DNA of 64,000 nucleotides from Nitrosopumilus sp. Lineage in GTDB: Archaea; Thermoproteota; Nitrososphaeria; Nitrososphaerales; Nitrosopumilaceae. The position numbers and the translations under genes are program-made. The stretch's first letter is position 1. Each line of letters starts with the position of its first letter. The notes beneath the pieces are model-generated. The model was not told the DNA's origin, searched no databases, and worked only from the letters and a program-made list of their open reading frames with translations. Location of the stretch: NCBI GenBank assembly GCA_965238275.1, contig OZ250186.1, positions 704,001 through 768,000 on the forward strand. The letters are read 5' to 3'. This document shows positions 19,383-29,506 of the stretch, piece after piece.

Positions 19383-21413
19383 ATGGCTAAAATAATAGGT
19401 ATTGATTTGGGAACCAGTAACTCTGCTGCCTCTGTTGTAATGGGTGGAAAACCCACAATCATACCTGCAGCAGAGGGTGTGACTGTCGGAGGAAAGGCAT
19501 TTCCATCCGTTGTGGCGTTTTCCAAGACCGGCGATCTGCTGATAGGAGAGCCTGCAAGAAGACAGGCTGTGACAAACCCAGACTCCACCATAATTGCCGC
19601 CAAGAGAAAGATGGGTTCTGATCACACGTTTCGGATTCTGGACAAGGAGTACAAGCCCCAGCAGATCTCCGCATTCATCCTGCAAAAGATAAAAAAAGAC
19701 GCCGAGGCGTTCATCGGGGAAACAGTAGAGAAGGTTGTGATTACAGTTCCTGCATACTTTGATGACAACCAGCGTCAGGCGACCAAGGATGCCGGAACGA
19801 TTGCCGGCCTTGACGTAGTCCGGATTATCAACGAGCCGACTGCAGCATCCCTGGCCTTTGGACTGGACAAGGCAAAGGAGGACATGAAGATTCTTGTGTT
19901 TGATTTTGGAGGAGGCACGCTGGATGTTACTGTAATGGAGATGGGCGGCGGTGTCTTTGAGGTGATGAGCACATCCGGGGATACCCAGCTTGGCGGCACC
20001 GACATGGATCAGACCATAATTAATTACATTGTAGATGAGTTCAGAAAGAAGGAGGGCGTTGATCTGTCTGCAGACACGACTGCAGTGACCCGAATCAGGG
20101 AGGCCTCTGAGAAGGCCAAGATTGAGCTGTCGACTGTAATGGAGACTGACATCAACCTGCCGTTCATCTCACACGACCCCTCATCAGGGGCAAAGAACCT
20201 CGAACTGAGGGTTACCCGGGCCAAGCTTGATGATCTCATCTCCCCAATTGTAGAGCGGTGCAAGCCGTCGATACTCAAGGCGCTTGAGGATGCAAAACTT
20301 ACCGCCTCTGACATAAACAAGATTGTCATGGTAGGCGGCCCCACACGAATGCCCATAGTAAGGCGGTTTGTCAGCGATGTAATCGGAAAGGATGCAGAAT
20401 CCGGCGTTGACCCGATGGAGGCAGTAGCAATGGGCGCTGCAATCCAGGCAGGAATAATTGCAGGCGACGTTACCAGCGATATAGTTCTCCTTGATGTCAC
20501 CCCTCTGACACTGGGAATTGAGACCCTTGGGGGAGTCAGAGAACCGCTTATTGAGAGAAACACCACCATCCCAACATCCAAAGGCAAGGTGTTTACCACT
20601 GCAGCAGACAACCAGACGGCCGTGACCATCCATGTGGTTCAGGGCGAACGCCCAATGGCAACTGACAACGTCTCACTGGGAAGTTTCAACCTGACTGATC
20701 TTCCGCCTGCTCCAAGGGGAGTACCGCAGATTGAAGTCAAGTTTGATATCGACGCAAACGGAATAATCAACGTCACTGCAAAGGATCTTGGAACGCAAAA
20801 GGAGGCCAAGATCACCATCGAGTCCTCCTCAAAACTCTCCAAGGACGATATTGAGAGACTAAAGAAGGATGCAGAGAAGTTCTCCGAGGAGGACAAGAAG
20901 AAGAAAGAGAGCATTGATCTCAAAAATGAGGCGGAGAGCTACATCTACACCACTGAGAAGCTGGTCAACCACGATCTCAAGGACAAGATTACCCAGGAAC
21001 AGGGAATTAAGATTACTGATGCCGTCAGGGAGGTCAAGGAGGCCCTGAACAAGGATGCCTCGGAGCTAAAGCCCAAACTTGATGCATTGCAGGCGCTTGT
21101 TACCGAAGTGACAGTGGAACTTTACAAGAATGCAGCCCCTCCTCCAGGCGGGGAGGGGGCAGGTCCCGGAGACCAGGGCACATCGGGACCAAACCCTGAG
21201 GACTCTGGCACATCGGGACCAAACCCTGAGGACTCTGGCACATCGGGACCAAACCCTGAGGACTCTGGCACATCGGGACCAAACCCTGAGGACTCTGGCA
21301 CATCGGGACCAAACCCTGAGGACTCTGGCACATCGGGACCAAACCCTGAGGACTCTGGCACATCGGGACCAAACCCCGGAGACTCACAGGAGTCTGACAC
21401 TGCAAAATCCTAG
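19383..21413 (+). CDS. dnaK: Chaperone DnaK (Hsp70)
   Basis: [38 protein letters not shown]. Confidence 0.98.
   Translation: MAKIIGIDLGTSNSAASVVMGGKPTIIPAAEGVTVGGKAFPSVVAFSKTGDLLIGEPARRQAVTNPDSTIIAAKRKMGSDHTFRILDKEYKPQQISAFILQKIKKDAEAFIGETVEKVVITVPAYFDDNQRQATKDAGTIAGLDVVRIINEPTAASLAFGLDKAKEDMKILVFDFGGGTLDVTVMEMGGGVFEVMSTSGDTQLGGTDMDQTIINYIVDEFRKKEGVDLSADTTAVTRIREASEKAKIELSTVMETDINLPFISHDPSSGAKNLELRVTRAKLDDLISPIVERCKPSILKALEDAKLTASDINKIVMVGGPTRMPIVRRFVSDVIGKDAESGVDPMEAVAMGAAIQAGIIAGDVTSDIVLLDVTPLTLGIETLGGVREPLIERNTTIPTSKGKVFTTAADNQTAVTIHVVQGERPMATDNVSLGSFNLTDLPPAPRGVPQIEVKFDIDANGIINVTAKDLGTQKEAKITIESSSKLSKDDIERLKKDAEKFSEEDKKKKESIDLKNEAESYIYTTEKLVNHDLKDKITQEQGIKITDAVREVKEALNKDASELKPKLDALQALVTEVTVELYKNAAPPPGGEGAGPGDQGTSGPNPEDSGTSGPNPEDSGTSGPNPEDSGTSGPNPEDSGTSGPNPEDSGTSGPNPEDSGTSGPNPGDSQESDTAKS
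21177..21386 (+). repeat. 30-bp coding tandem repeat x7 ([10 protein letters not shown]) in the DnaK tail
   Basis: Unit GGCACATCGGGACCAAACCCTGAGGACTCT; 6 perfect copies and 1 variant. Confidence 0.95.
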
Positions 21414-21459
21414 ACTGCAAAACTCTAAAATTTATACTGAATCACCAAAATGATGAGTC

Positions 21460-22542
21460 ATGGCTGCAAAACGCGATTACTATGAGGTTCTGGGAGTCTC
21501 AAAGGAGTCCACCCCAGACGAGGTTAAAAAACAGTACAGAAAACTTGCATTAAAGTTTCATCCGGATCGCAACAAATCCTCGGAGGCAGTAGAACACTTC
21601 AAGGAGATCTCCGAGGCATATGCAATCCTGTCTGATGCCGAAAAGAGGCAGATTTATGATCAACACGGTCACGCAGGAGTGGACGGACGATACAGCAGCG
21701 AGGATATCTTCCGGGGCGCACGCGGCAACTTTAGTGATGTCTTTGGCAGCAGCGGTGGCGGATTTGATTCCATCTTCGAGTCCCTCTTTGGAGGCGGCCG
21801 CAGATCCGGCTTTGGTCGGCACAAGGGATCGGATCTTCTCTACGAGACCTCAATCACCCTAGAGGATGTCCTTAATGGCAAGGAGGTCAGGATTGATCTG
21901 CAAAAGCAGGTTCAGTGTGGCACCTGCAGGGGCTCTGGATGCAAACCCGGTACTTCCAGAAAGCAGTGTGCAGGTTGTGGCGGCCACGGACAGGTGCGCC
22001 AGACCCGCAACGTCGGGTTTGCCTCGTTTGTCACGGCCATGCCATGTAACACCTGCAGGGGCAGGGGCTCGATAATCCAGACCCCATGCAGCCAGTGCAA
22101 GGGGAATGGAAAGAGCCGTGGCAAAAAAGAGGTCAAGTTTGCAATTCCCCCCGGAATCGAGTCCGGCGACTACAACGTGCCCGGAGAGGGAGACGAGATT
22201 CCCGACGGCCCCGACGGCGATCTGATAGTCCGGGTCCGGGTACAGCCGCACCCCCACTTCAAGCGCGACGGCAGGGAAATCTATTACGATCAGGATGTCT
22301 CGATGGTTGACGCGGCACTCGGGTGCGAGGTAATCGTCCCGACATTGCAAGGCACCGAGAGGATCAAGGTCAACTCTGGCAGCCAACCAAACATCATAAT
22401 CAGGCTGCGGGGCAAGGGCGTGCCGCACATAGGATCCAGGGGGAGGGGGGATCAACACGTGCGTATCGTGATAAACATACCCAAAAAACTCAACAAGCAC
22501 CAGAAGAATCTTCTGCACGAGTTTAAGCAGACCGGTGATTGA
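21460..22542 (+). CDS. dnaJ: Chaperone DnaJ
   Basis: J-domain HPD and four CxxCxGxG repeats. Confidence 0.97.
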   Translation: MAAKRDYYEVLGVSKESTPDEVKKQYRKLALKFHPDRNKSSEAVEHFKEISEAYAILSDAEKRQIYDQHGHAGVDGRYSSEDIFRGARGNFSDVFGSSGGGFDSIFESLFGGGRRSGFGRHKGSDLLYETSITLEDVLNGKEVRIDLQKQVQCGTCRGSGCKPGTSRKQCAGCGGHGQVRQTRNVGFASFVTAMPCNTCRGRGSIIQTPCSQCKGNGKSRGKKEVKFAIPPGIESGDYNVPGEGDEIPDGPDGDLIVRVRVQPHPHFKRDGREIYYDQDVSMVDAALGCEVIVPTLQGTERIKVNSGSQPNIIIRLRGKGVPHIGSRGRGDQHVRIVINIPKKLNKHQKNLLHEFKQTGD

Positions 22543-22549
22543 TGGATAA

Positions 22550-23095
22550 ATGAGGATTGCACTGGATTTAGACGGTGTGCTTGCCGATGTGATACTGCCG
22601 TGGATAGCCTATAACAACACAATCAGGCCCCCGATAACAAAACACGACATAACTGACTGGATGTTCTGGAAGAGACTGAAAATTAAACCCGAGCAGTTTT
22701 ATACAGAGCTTGGAATGTGCTGGAAGGACTGGAGATCCATCCCTGCCACCGAGGAAGGCCTGCCAGATACTACAAGGCGCCTCTCCGAACTGGGACAGGT
22801 GGATATTGTCACTGCACGGGAGCCATTCACCGACTCTTTTGTAAGGGAATGGCTGGCCCATCACGGGATAGCGTACGACGGGTACGTATCTGTGGCTGCA
22901 GGGACGATGAAGGCTGACCTGAATTATGATGTCTTCATTGACGACTCTCCTCTGAATGCACAGGAGTTCGTCCGGCGCGGCAGATCCGTCATACTGTATG
23001 CCCAACCGTGGAACAGTCACATCCAGGGAGGGATTCCCCGGGTTGCAGACCTGAAAGAGGCCGTCCGGAGAGTCAGTCTTTTGAAAACTTCCTGA
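22550..23095 (+). CDS. HAD-family 5'(3')-nucleotidase (NT5C-like)
   Basis: DLDGVL, VTAR, FIDDSP, PWN. Confidence 0.85.
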   Translation: MRIALDLDGVLADVILPWIAYNNTIRPPITKHDITDWMFWKRLKIKPEQFYTELGMCWKDWRSIPATEEGLPDTTRRLSELGQVDIVTAREPFTDSFVREWLAHHGIAYDGYVSVAAGTMKADLNYDVFIDDSPLNAQEFVRRGRSVILYAQPWNSHIQGGIPRVADLKEAVRRVSLLKTS

Positions 23096-23237
23096 TGTTT
23101 ATCCTGTGGCCTTCCCTGACGTGTATGGAGTGGGATGTCTTTATCACTTCCCCAATCTTGTCATCGCTGTAAAACTTGATGTTGTAGCGTCCCAGTATCT
23201 TCTTGCAGCTGCTGCAGTAGATCTCCCTGAACTCCAT
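23073..23237 (-). CDS. Small Zn-finger-like protein (54 aa)
   Basis: Manual translation MEFREIYCSSCKKILGRYNIKFYSDDKIGEVIKTSHSIHVREGHRINIRKFSKD*. TATA-like element upstream. Confidence 0.6.
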   Translation of the reverse strand: MEFREIYCSSCKKILGRYNIKFYSDDKIGEVIKTSHSIHVREGHRINIRKFSKD

Positions 23238-23300
23238 CTGCCATCCTGACACGCCTGTCGTATAATAAAGAACTTATTCAGGATGTCAGGAAGTCATGTT

Positions 23301-23385
23301 GCGGGAGTCGCCCAGCCTGGTCAACGGCGTAAGGTTCAGGTCCTTATCTCTCAGGAGTTCGTGGGTTCAAATCCCATCTCCCGCA
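23301..23385 (+). tRNA. tRNA-Leu (CAG)
   Basis: GCGGGAG...CTCCCGC acceptor stem, anticodon arm TAAGG-TTCAGGT-CCTTA, long variable arm, GGTTCAAATCC T-loop. Confidence 0.95.
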
Positions 23386-23426
23386 CTACAATCAAACGGA
23401 AACACTTGTTATCTTCAAGGCGCCAC

Positions 23427-23669
23427 ATGCTGCAGGACATGACAAGGCAGATTCCCAGGACGCTGCAGGACAGCGAGTCTGTGCGGCAGTTCCTCAAGGG
23501 GTTTCACGCCGAGGCCACGAGGGAGACGTACTGCAAAAAAAACTCCTCCAGTTCAGACTTCTGCCAGATGAGCCCCGACGAACTGCTCGCAGAGACGCCG
23601 TCAAGAAAGTCCAATACGGCCTTGACTAACCTGATTGGCCACTCCGGCATCCCATGCGTCTTCAGATAG
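23427..23669 (+). pseudogene. Probable tyrosine integrase N-terminal remnant
   Basis: SESVRQFLKGFHAEATRETYCKK then degenerates (A-run); immediately follows the tRNA. Family call by resemblance only. Confidence 0.5.
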
Positions 23670-23906
23670 GCATGTTTTACGTATCAAGACTGAATATCTA
23701 TGCGTGGGCCGGTGCTTTTGATCAGGCTGACCAAATGTTGCAGTGTTTAAGATGCGCTCTGGCAGCTCTTGACGGAGGGAAGGGGGGGGGGCAATAGTCG
23801 AACCGGATGCCGCGTCCCCTCGTTTCAGAGTTGATCTTTCCCGTCAGGAGTTTTTGGGTTATGCCGGGACGATAAATCATATGATAAAATCTCTGGATTT
23901 GGCATT

Positions 23907-24221
23907 CTATTCGGCCAATTTTTTGGCATTCTCATATCCTTTTTCAATCCACTTCATGGCATCGGCCATTGTGGTCAGTTTTGAATCAATTTCAATCCAT
24001 CCCATCTTTGCGCCATGAGAAAACGGTTTGATTGCTCTTGATTTTATAGCAGTTTCCTGCTGATCTTTGGAAAGCCTAACGATGACTTGCTGGTTATTCT
24101 TATTGCTGAATCCAACAAAAAATTTCCTTTCTATTGAAAAACACTGGTAACCAAACATCGGCCTAGTTGTTACATGCTTCATTGATTCAACTTTCTCTTT
24201 TATTGGATCGTAACTATTCAA
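23907..24221 (-). CDS. TfoX/Sxy N-terminal-like protein
   Basis: RPMFGYQCF motif, 104 aa, AT-rich relative to the window. Confidence 0.65.
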   Translation of the reverse strand: MNSYDPIKEKVESMKHVTTRPMFGYQCFSIERKFFVGFSNKNNQQVIVRLSKDQQETAIKSRAIKPFSHGAKMGWIEIDSKLTTMADAMKWIEKGYENAKKLAE

Positions 24222-24476
24222 TGATATTCTCTCTCGATTTGTAAATTGAGATGAGTATTATGTCTGCCGTTTAGCGACAGTTCTGGCATTTCTTGGCTGC
24301 CAATACTTCCTGTCGGATGGCTATCCTGAGGGGCCAGCACGTCTGTTCCTGCAGCTGCTTCCAAGTGTCACAAAACGGTGCTCCCGTTCCCGGATCTGTT
24401 TTTTTCGAATTTGGGCCGCCGGTTCTGGCCTCAAACTGTCAGTGAGGACAGCAGGGTTGTACTACTGCAGAAACTT

Positions 24477-26710
24477 GTAAGAGGTCGCCTTTGCGAAGCG
24501 ATTTCGTGCCTGATCTGCCCCGATTAATTACCAACTGAGCTACGTTTTGGGCCGTAAATGCCCATTTGATTGGCATTATTCAGGATTTTTTCCGGGCGGG
24601 GTGAGGTTCGACTGAGCTGCGTTTTGGCCGATTCGGTGATCGGACTTGCGAAGTGGACCTTTTTTGGTGCTGCCGGGGCGGTGCGTTGTGCCCGAATCTG
24701 GCGGAGGGCCGGTACGGCGGCCTGATACGTGTCAGGCAACCGGTGCGACGGGAGTCGCGCAGGACATGCAGGGCAGCCATGGATGGATTTTGCAGGATTT
24801 ATGCAGTTGTTGCTGCCGCTGCTGCTGTTGCCGGTATCCTTTCGACGATACCTCGCATGTAGTCTACCAAAAAGTCGTGCGGGTTGACGCCGCGCATCCT
24901 GCACGTCTCGCGGATGCTGGCCAGGACGGCGTGGTTGTATGCGCCGGCAAGGCTCTTGCTGCCGCCTGAGACATTCCGGGATGCGACGCTGGGCCGCAGG
25001 GGGCGCTCGGCGTCGTTGTTATGGCACTTTGTGTTGAGGCGGATGAATGGGAACAGGTGGGTGATCTCGCGCCGCAGCCGCTTGACAAACCGCTTGCAGT
25101 GGGGTTCGGTGTAGCTGCCAGACATCAGGCGCCTCATCCGGGCCAGGAGGTTGCGCACCTTGAGGTTTCGCGCGGCCTTGTCGTCGTTTGGGTTGAGTCC
25201 CTTCTCTGCGTGCCAGGAATCGATGATTATCCCCTTTAGGGCCTTAGCAAACTTTTTGAATTCGGGTCCCGGGTTTTTCATGGTCAGGGTGCGGATGATC
25301 TCGCGGAGGTAGTGGTAGTGGCACTTTTGGTGGGTCCTGCCGATGCGGTTCCACGCAGCGTGTGAATCAGAGGTGACGTGGCCTGCGTACCCTCCAAGCA
25401 GGGTCTCCAGCACGTCTCCTCCCCGGCGCTTGTCCACGTAAAAGACAGTCGAGTCGGAGCCGACTAGTATCCACAGCCAGTACAGCATCCCGGCTACCCT
25501 CCAGCTGGTCTCGTCCCCGAAGACATGCTCTGAGAAGAATATCTCCTCGAGCATCTCCTCGTAGAGCGGGTGGAGGGATCCGGTCACGGCATCCACGTGG
25601 CCGATGACAGTCGACTTTGCAAGGTTTGTGTGGTGGATTATGTTGATCAGCTTGCGGATGATTTCGTAGGGAATGCCGTACATCCTCATCGTCGTCTCAA
25701 GGCACGTCAGGCTGGCGCCGAACCGTCCCCCGGGGACGATCCCTGGGATCTCGGGGGCAAACTGCCTGCCGCATTCCCTGCAGTACCTGCGAATAATGGT
25801 ATACTGGATGCCGGTCAGCTTCCCGTCGATAATCTCCTCGACTACCCGGATGGTCACCTCGGTGGGCTCCTTCGAGAGGGCGTGGCCGTGCGGACAGGCT
25901 TGCATGTCGACTAGCTTTTTTTCGGATATCGGGGGAGGATCACGGCCTGTTCGCAGGCAGACGACCTTCCTGAACGGATTCGGCGCAGGCCCGGGCGACT
26001 CTTGGAGCCGCTTCTTGGAGCGGTGAGTCTTGATGTCCAGGTTCTCGGCTGCCAGCGCCGAGTTGGCCGCGTGCGCCTCTTTTAGCTGAGAGGCATGCTC
26101 TGATGCCTGCCGTTCCAGGCGGGCTATCCTGTCCATGACTGCCTGCGAGACGTCGCATCCCTGCAGCAGGGCGGCGTTTTCTGCACGCAGTTTCTCTACC
26201 TCTGTCCTCAAATTCTCTATCTCTGAGTCCTTTTGTTCTATCTCGACGTCCTTTTGCACGCTCTCTTCTTCCAGCAGTTTGATCCGGGCATCCATCTCCG
26301 TCAGCATCACGCGATCCTCGGAGAAGGCCTCTGCCTCCTCCTTCAGCTGCTCGACGTCTTTTCTCAGCGCCATGCTCTCCTCGTCCTTGGATTTGAGCAT
26401 GTCAAGGACGGATTCGAAGAGAGACTTGGTGTCGGTTACGGAGTTCCAGTCAATCTTTTCCAGGTCGATTACAGGCACCATGCCATAACACAGGAAGGCA
26501 TGATCCATAAAGATTTTGGACACGCAGCGTCTGCCGGAAAATACGGTGCAAAATATCCTGCAGGAAATGCCTTGATCTGAAGACCACCATGTTGCAGACC
26601 ATGCTGATAACGTGCAATTAATCGGGTATTTATGGCCGAAAACGTAGCTCAGTTGGTAATTAATCGGGTCAGATCAGGCACAAAATCGCTTCGCAAAGGC
26701 GACCTCTTAC
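24477..26710 (-). mobile_element. IS66-family element (single-ORF, ISBst12-like)
   Basis: GTAA...TTAC ends; 87-bp TIRs with 5 mismatches; 8-bp TSD AGAAACTT at 24469-24476 and 26711-26718. Confidence 0.93.
24799..26523 (-). CDS. IS66 transposase (TnpC-like DDE)
   Basis: Coiled coil, Zn finger, GDETSWRV, TSD, QKCHYHYLRE, NNDAERPLRP. Confidence 0.92.
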   Translation of the reverse strand: MSKIFMDHAFLCYGMVPVIDLEKIDWNSVTDTKSLFESVLDMLKSKDEESMALRKDVEQLKEEAEAFSEDRVMLTEMDARIKLLEEESVQKDVEIEQKDSEIENLRTEVEKLRAENAALLQGCDVSQAVMDRIARLERQASEHASQLKEAHAANSALAAENLDIKTHRSKKRLQESPGPAPNPFRKVVCLRTGRDPPPISEKKLVDMQACPHGHALSKEPTEVTIRVVEEIIDGKLTGIQYTIIRRYCRECGRQFAPEIPGIVPGGRFGASLTCLETTMRMYGIPYEIIRKLINIIHHTNLAKSTVIGHVDAVTGSLHPLYEEMLEEIFFSEHVFGDETSWRVAGMLYWLWILVGSDSTVFYVDKRRGGDVLETLLGGYAGHVTSDSHAAWNRIGRTHQKCHYHYLREIIRTLTMKNPGPEFKKFAKALKGIIIDSWHAEKGLNPNDDKAARNLKVRNLLARMRRLMSGSYTEPHCKRFVKRLRREITHLFPFIRLNTKCHNNDAERPLRPSVASRNVSGGSKSLAGAYNHAVLASIRETCRMRGVNPHDFLVDYMRGIVERIPATAAAAATTA

Positions 26711-26763
26711 AGAAACTTGCAGTTTTTTTGGCTGGGTGATCGGATCATTCTGGAAGACACATA

Positions 26764-27120
26764 TCACTCGGTAAGGGTAGAGAGCAACTTGCATATGGTG
26801 GCGTGAGTTTTTCTGTCTACCTTTCCTATGCATTTCGCTATGATCCTTTTCTCCACGCTGAATATCTTGTCAACCCTTGCATTACTGTCAACAACTAGCC
26901 TTCCGTCTTCCATATTCCTGTTTGTAACCGGCACGCCATATTCTGACGGCCTTGGGTTTGACGTGAGCGGTACGGCCACTACGTCATCTGATTTCCTGTT
27001 GTATCCGTTGTTTGATACGACGATTGCCGGCCTAGCCTTCTTCCGCTGCAGATCGGAAAATGGAAATGGCAGTATGACAACGCAGCGCTGCTGGATCACG
27101 TTTTTAGATACCTGTTCCAT
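26764..27120 (-). CDS. PemK/MazF family toxin
   Basis: PFPFSDLQRKKARPAIVVSN, VPLTS; the start may be 27144. Confidence 0.9.
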   Translation of the reverse strand: MEQVSKNVIQQRCVVILPFPFSDLQRKKARPAIVVSNNGYNRKSDDVVAVPLTSNPRPSEYGVPVTNRNMEDGRLVVDSNARVDKIFSVEKRIIAKCIGKVDRKTHATICKLLSTLTE

Positions 27121-27365
27121 ACCTCGTCCTCCTCGTTGTCCCATACCTTCTTCAGCGAGTATTCAGAGTGCCGTACCACGTCGTCAAAGCCGTCTTCAAT
27201 CAATTGCGATATGTCGGATGCCTTGCTGATCAGGAGTTTTTTGTCTTTCAGGACTAGCACCAGTCTCGAACCCTTCTTAACGGCAAGCTGCACCCTAATG
27301 TCCCGCGGTATCGAGATCTGGCCCTTCTCTGAAACGGTTACGATCCTCATTATCGGTTCTGACAC
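27096..27365 (-). CDS. AbrB/MazE-family antitoxin
   Basis: VSEKGQISIPRDIR AbrB motif; acidic WDNEEDEVW tail; overlaps the toxin start. Confidence 0.88.
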   Translation of the reverse strand: MSEPIMRIVTVSEKGQISIPRDIRVQLAVKKGSRLVLVLKDKKLLISKASDISQLIEDGFDDVVRHSEYSLKKVWDNEEDEVWNRYLKT

Positions 27366-27499
27366 ACGTCATGTAAGATTTTTCTTACTTATAAATACGG
27401 TCTGGCGTGCCGGGCACAGCTTCGTGCATGTGGCATGCACCAGTCAAGTCAAATTCCCTGCACCAGCCAGTTATCAGGTTGTTGACGTCAAACTGCGTG

Positions 27500-28633
27500 T
27501 GTGGAATACGAAAAGTAGTTCCTCCCTTACTCCACATGATACTCCTCCCCTGTCTGCTCATCTATTACTATCTCTCCTTTTGGTGGCATCTTGCGCACAA
27601 ACGCCTGGGCTGGCGTCTCCTCCCCGTCAGGGCCAAGTGACATGTGCGGTCTGTCGTAATTGTACCACTGCATGAAGAGGTCCACCGGGTCGCTCTTGCG
27701 CATCATTATCGCCTCAAATTCGGGCAGCTTCCGCTGGATCTCCCCGTGCAGCCTCTCCAGCTTGCCGTTGGTCTGAGGATGCCTCACGCCTGCCAGGATC
27801 TGCTTGATGCCAAGCTCTGCCAGTCTCTTTTCAAACTCGGATGCGCCCTTTTTCTTTGCCTCTGATGCGGTGGCGTAGAACTGGGATCCGCGGTCAGTCA
27901 TTATGGATGCAGGCTTGCCGTGGTTCCTTATCGCCTCGTCCAATACCGACAGGGCGTTTTCTGCAGTTGCACGCTCAAACGTGCCGTACGCAGTCACGAA
28001 CCGCGAGGCATCGTCCTCGTAGCACAGGAACCACCTGCCGTCATCAAGCAGCTTGTAGTCGGTGTGCCACATCGAGTTGGAATAGGTGCGCTCAAAGCGG
28101 ATCCACTTGCGGCGCTTGCTCTTGTTGGGCTGTCTGGCAGCCAGATCCTCGTCACGCAATACCATGTGTATGCGGTTGTATGGAATATTTATTCCGGTGA
28201 CGTCCCTTATGCGCCCGTGCAGGCGCACGGCCCCGACGTGGTCGTTGCCCTTGGCGCACAGTACCGCGGAGTGTTCCTTCCTGCCGGGAAGGCCGCATGC
28301 GGGCCTGCCCATGTGCATCGGATACGCCACGCTGCTGCGTTCCTGTCCCTTGTACCTGGAATACAGCTTCCTTATCCACCGCGGCGACACACCCATTGCC
28401 TTGGAGATGCATAAATTGGTGGATCCCTTGTCCCTCTCCGAAAGTATCCACCTTACCTTCGATTCGTCCAGCTTTTTCATGATGCGTACTCTCCGTGTTC
28501 CTATATGCCGCCACCGATTGGAGTACATCGTTCTTGCCCACACACCCTTGCTTCCACTCAACACCAAGCTGATCTTGCTTCCAAACACGCCGGCTCCATT
28601 GGGTAGGGGAGGAACTACTTTTTGTACAACGTA
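27500..28633 (-). mobile_element. IS481-family element
   Basis: Inverted ends with core AAAAGTAGTTCCTCCC; 15-bp TSD ACGTCAAACTGCGTG at 27485-27499 and 28634-28648. Confidence 0.9.
27527..28588 (-). CDS. IS481-family DDE transposase (rve core); true start may be near 28483
   Basis: WHTDYK, DDASRF, MTDRGSQF, HPQTNGKLER, YNYDRPHMSL. Confidence 0.92.
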   Translation of the reverse strand: MFGSKISLVLSGSKGVWARTMYSNRWRHIGTRRVRIMKKLDESKVRWILSERDKGSTNLCISKAMGVSPRWIRKLYSRYKGQERSSVAYPMHMGRPACGLPGRKEHSAVLCAKGNDHVGAVRLHGRIRDVTGINIPYNRIHMVLRDEDLAARQPNKSKRRKWIRFERTYSNSMWHTDYKLLDDGRWFLCYEDDASRFVTAYGTFERATAENALSVLDEAIRNHGKPASIMTDRGSQFYATASEAKKKGASEFEKRLAELGIKQILAGVRHPQTNGKLERLHGEIQRKLPEFEAIMMRKSDPVDLFMQWYNYDRPHMSLGPDGEETPAQAFVRKMPPKGEIVIDEQTGEEYHVE

Positions 28634-28865
28634 ACGTCAAACTGCGTGATCCTTGGATGTGCAAGTTTCATCATGATCGTCATGTCGTAAACAATATCTG
28701 TTTCCCGGGAGCACTTCACGATCCTGCGTGACAGTTCCTGTGATTGTGTTATGCTGATGCTTTTGCTGACAATCATGTATACGAACAGAACTTGTTTTCT
28801 TAAAAAAGGACGCATTAATTGCAGGAACATACTCTTAACTATAGTTTCAAACAGAATGAGATCTG

Positions 28866-29045
28866 TTGGAGACGCATAGAAAACTTATGGTACTTGGAGC
28901 CGTCCTGCTGGCCGGAACCCTGATACTGGACCATTACGACTATGAGATTCCCGGAATACAGGTCAGCTACGCGTATGTAACCGGACTTGGGATGCTGGCA
29001 TGTTTTGCAGGCAGCCTGGTCATGTTTACAAAAGATAAGATATGA
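28866..29045 (+). CDS. Small two-TM protein
   Basis: Manual translation (LETHRKL)MVLGAVLLAGTLILDHYDYEIPGIQVSYAYVTGLGMLACFAGSLVMFTKDKI*. Confidence 0.45.
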   Translation: METHRKLMVLGAVLLAGTLILDHYDYEIPGIQVSYAYVTGLGMLACFAGSLVMFTKDKI

Positions 29046-29135
29046 CACAAGCATCCTTGCGCATGTGCTCCCATGAATGGAACGAGACTGCAATGCTTGA
29101 GTGAAGGTTATAAGCAATTACCCGATCTTGCGATC

Positions 29136-29501
29136 ATGCCAGGCAATGAGATTGCGGTTCCCAAGGAGATAAGGGAGTTCATGCCTGAAGGCGCAGAGGA
29201 GACCATCCTGGGCCAGAAGAACGGCGCACGCAGGCAGTACCGGTACGGCAACCTGCACATAAGGGAGTATGATGACAAGTTTCTGGTTCACGCCGACGGG
29301 GTTGATCCCAGGAGAGATCCCATAGGACATCTGGTGACTGATGCCCCGGAGGTTCTGGCAGGTCTGGCATGTGCAATATTTTCCGGCTCCCTGACTGCAG
29401 GGAACAGGAGGCCGTCCCTTGCCTCAAGACTGGCACTGTCTGCTGTTTCGGGGTATCTGGGATATGTTGCAGCCAAAAAAATCAAGGATCGTATGGGGTA
29501 G
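29136..29501 (+). CDS. Conserved hypothetical protein
   Basis: QYRYGNLHIREY...DPRRDPIGHL plus C-terminal TM segments; TATA upstream. Confidence 0.7.
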   Translation: MPGNEIAVPKEIREFMPEGAEETILGQKNGARRQYRYGNLHIREYDDKFLVHADGVDPRRDPIGHLVTDAPEVLAGLACAIFSGSLTAGNRRPSLASRLALSAVSGYLGYVAAKKIKDRMG

Positions 29502-29506
29502 ATGCC

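Larger units (their letters stand above)
27410..28841 (-). pseudogene. tnpB: Second, truncated TnpB-element copy (5' part 28634-28841 plus 27410-27499), split by IS481
   Basis: MIVSKSISITQSQELSRRIVKCSRETDIVYDMTIMMKLAHPRITQFDV|NNLITGWCREFDL matches the TnpB starting at 6147. End TTGCAGGAACATACTCTTAACTA|TAG resembles the copy-1 TIR. Confidence 0.85.

Noticed and set aside
24041-24060. Missing other TIR of TnpB copy 2 (TATAGCAGTTTCCTGC)
   Set aside because: Weak match inside an intact TfoX-like ORF; likely chance.
23386-28900. Intact provirus or integrative element with attR
   Set aside because: No duplicate of the tRNA-Leu 3' end was seen and there are no structural or replication genes.
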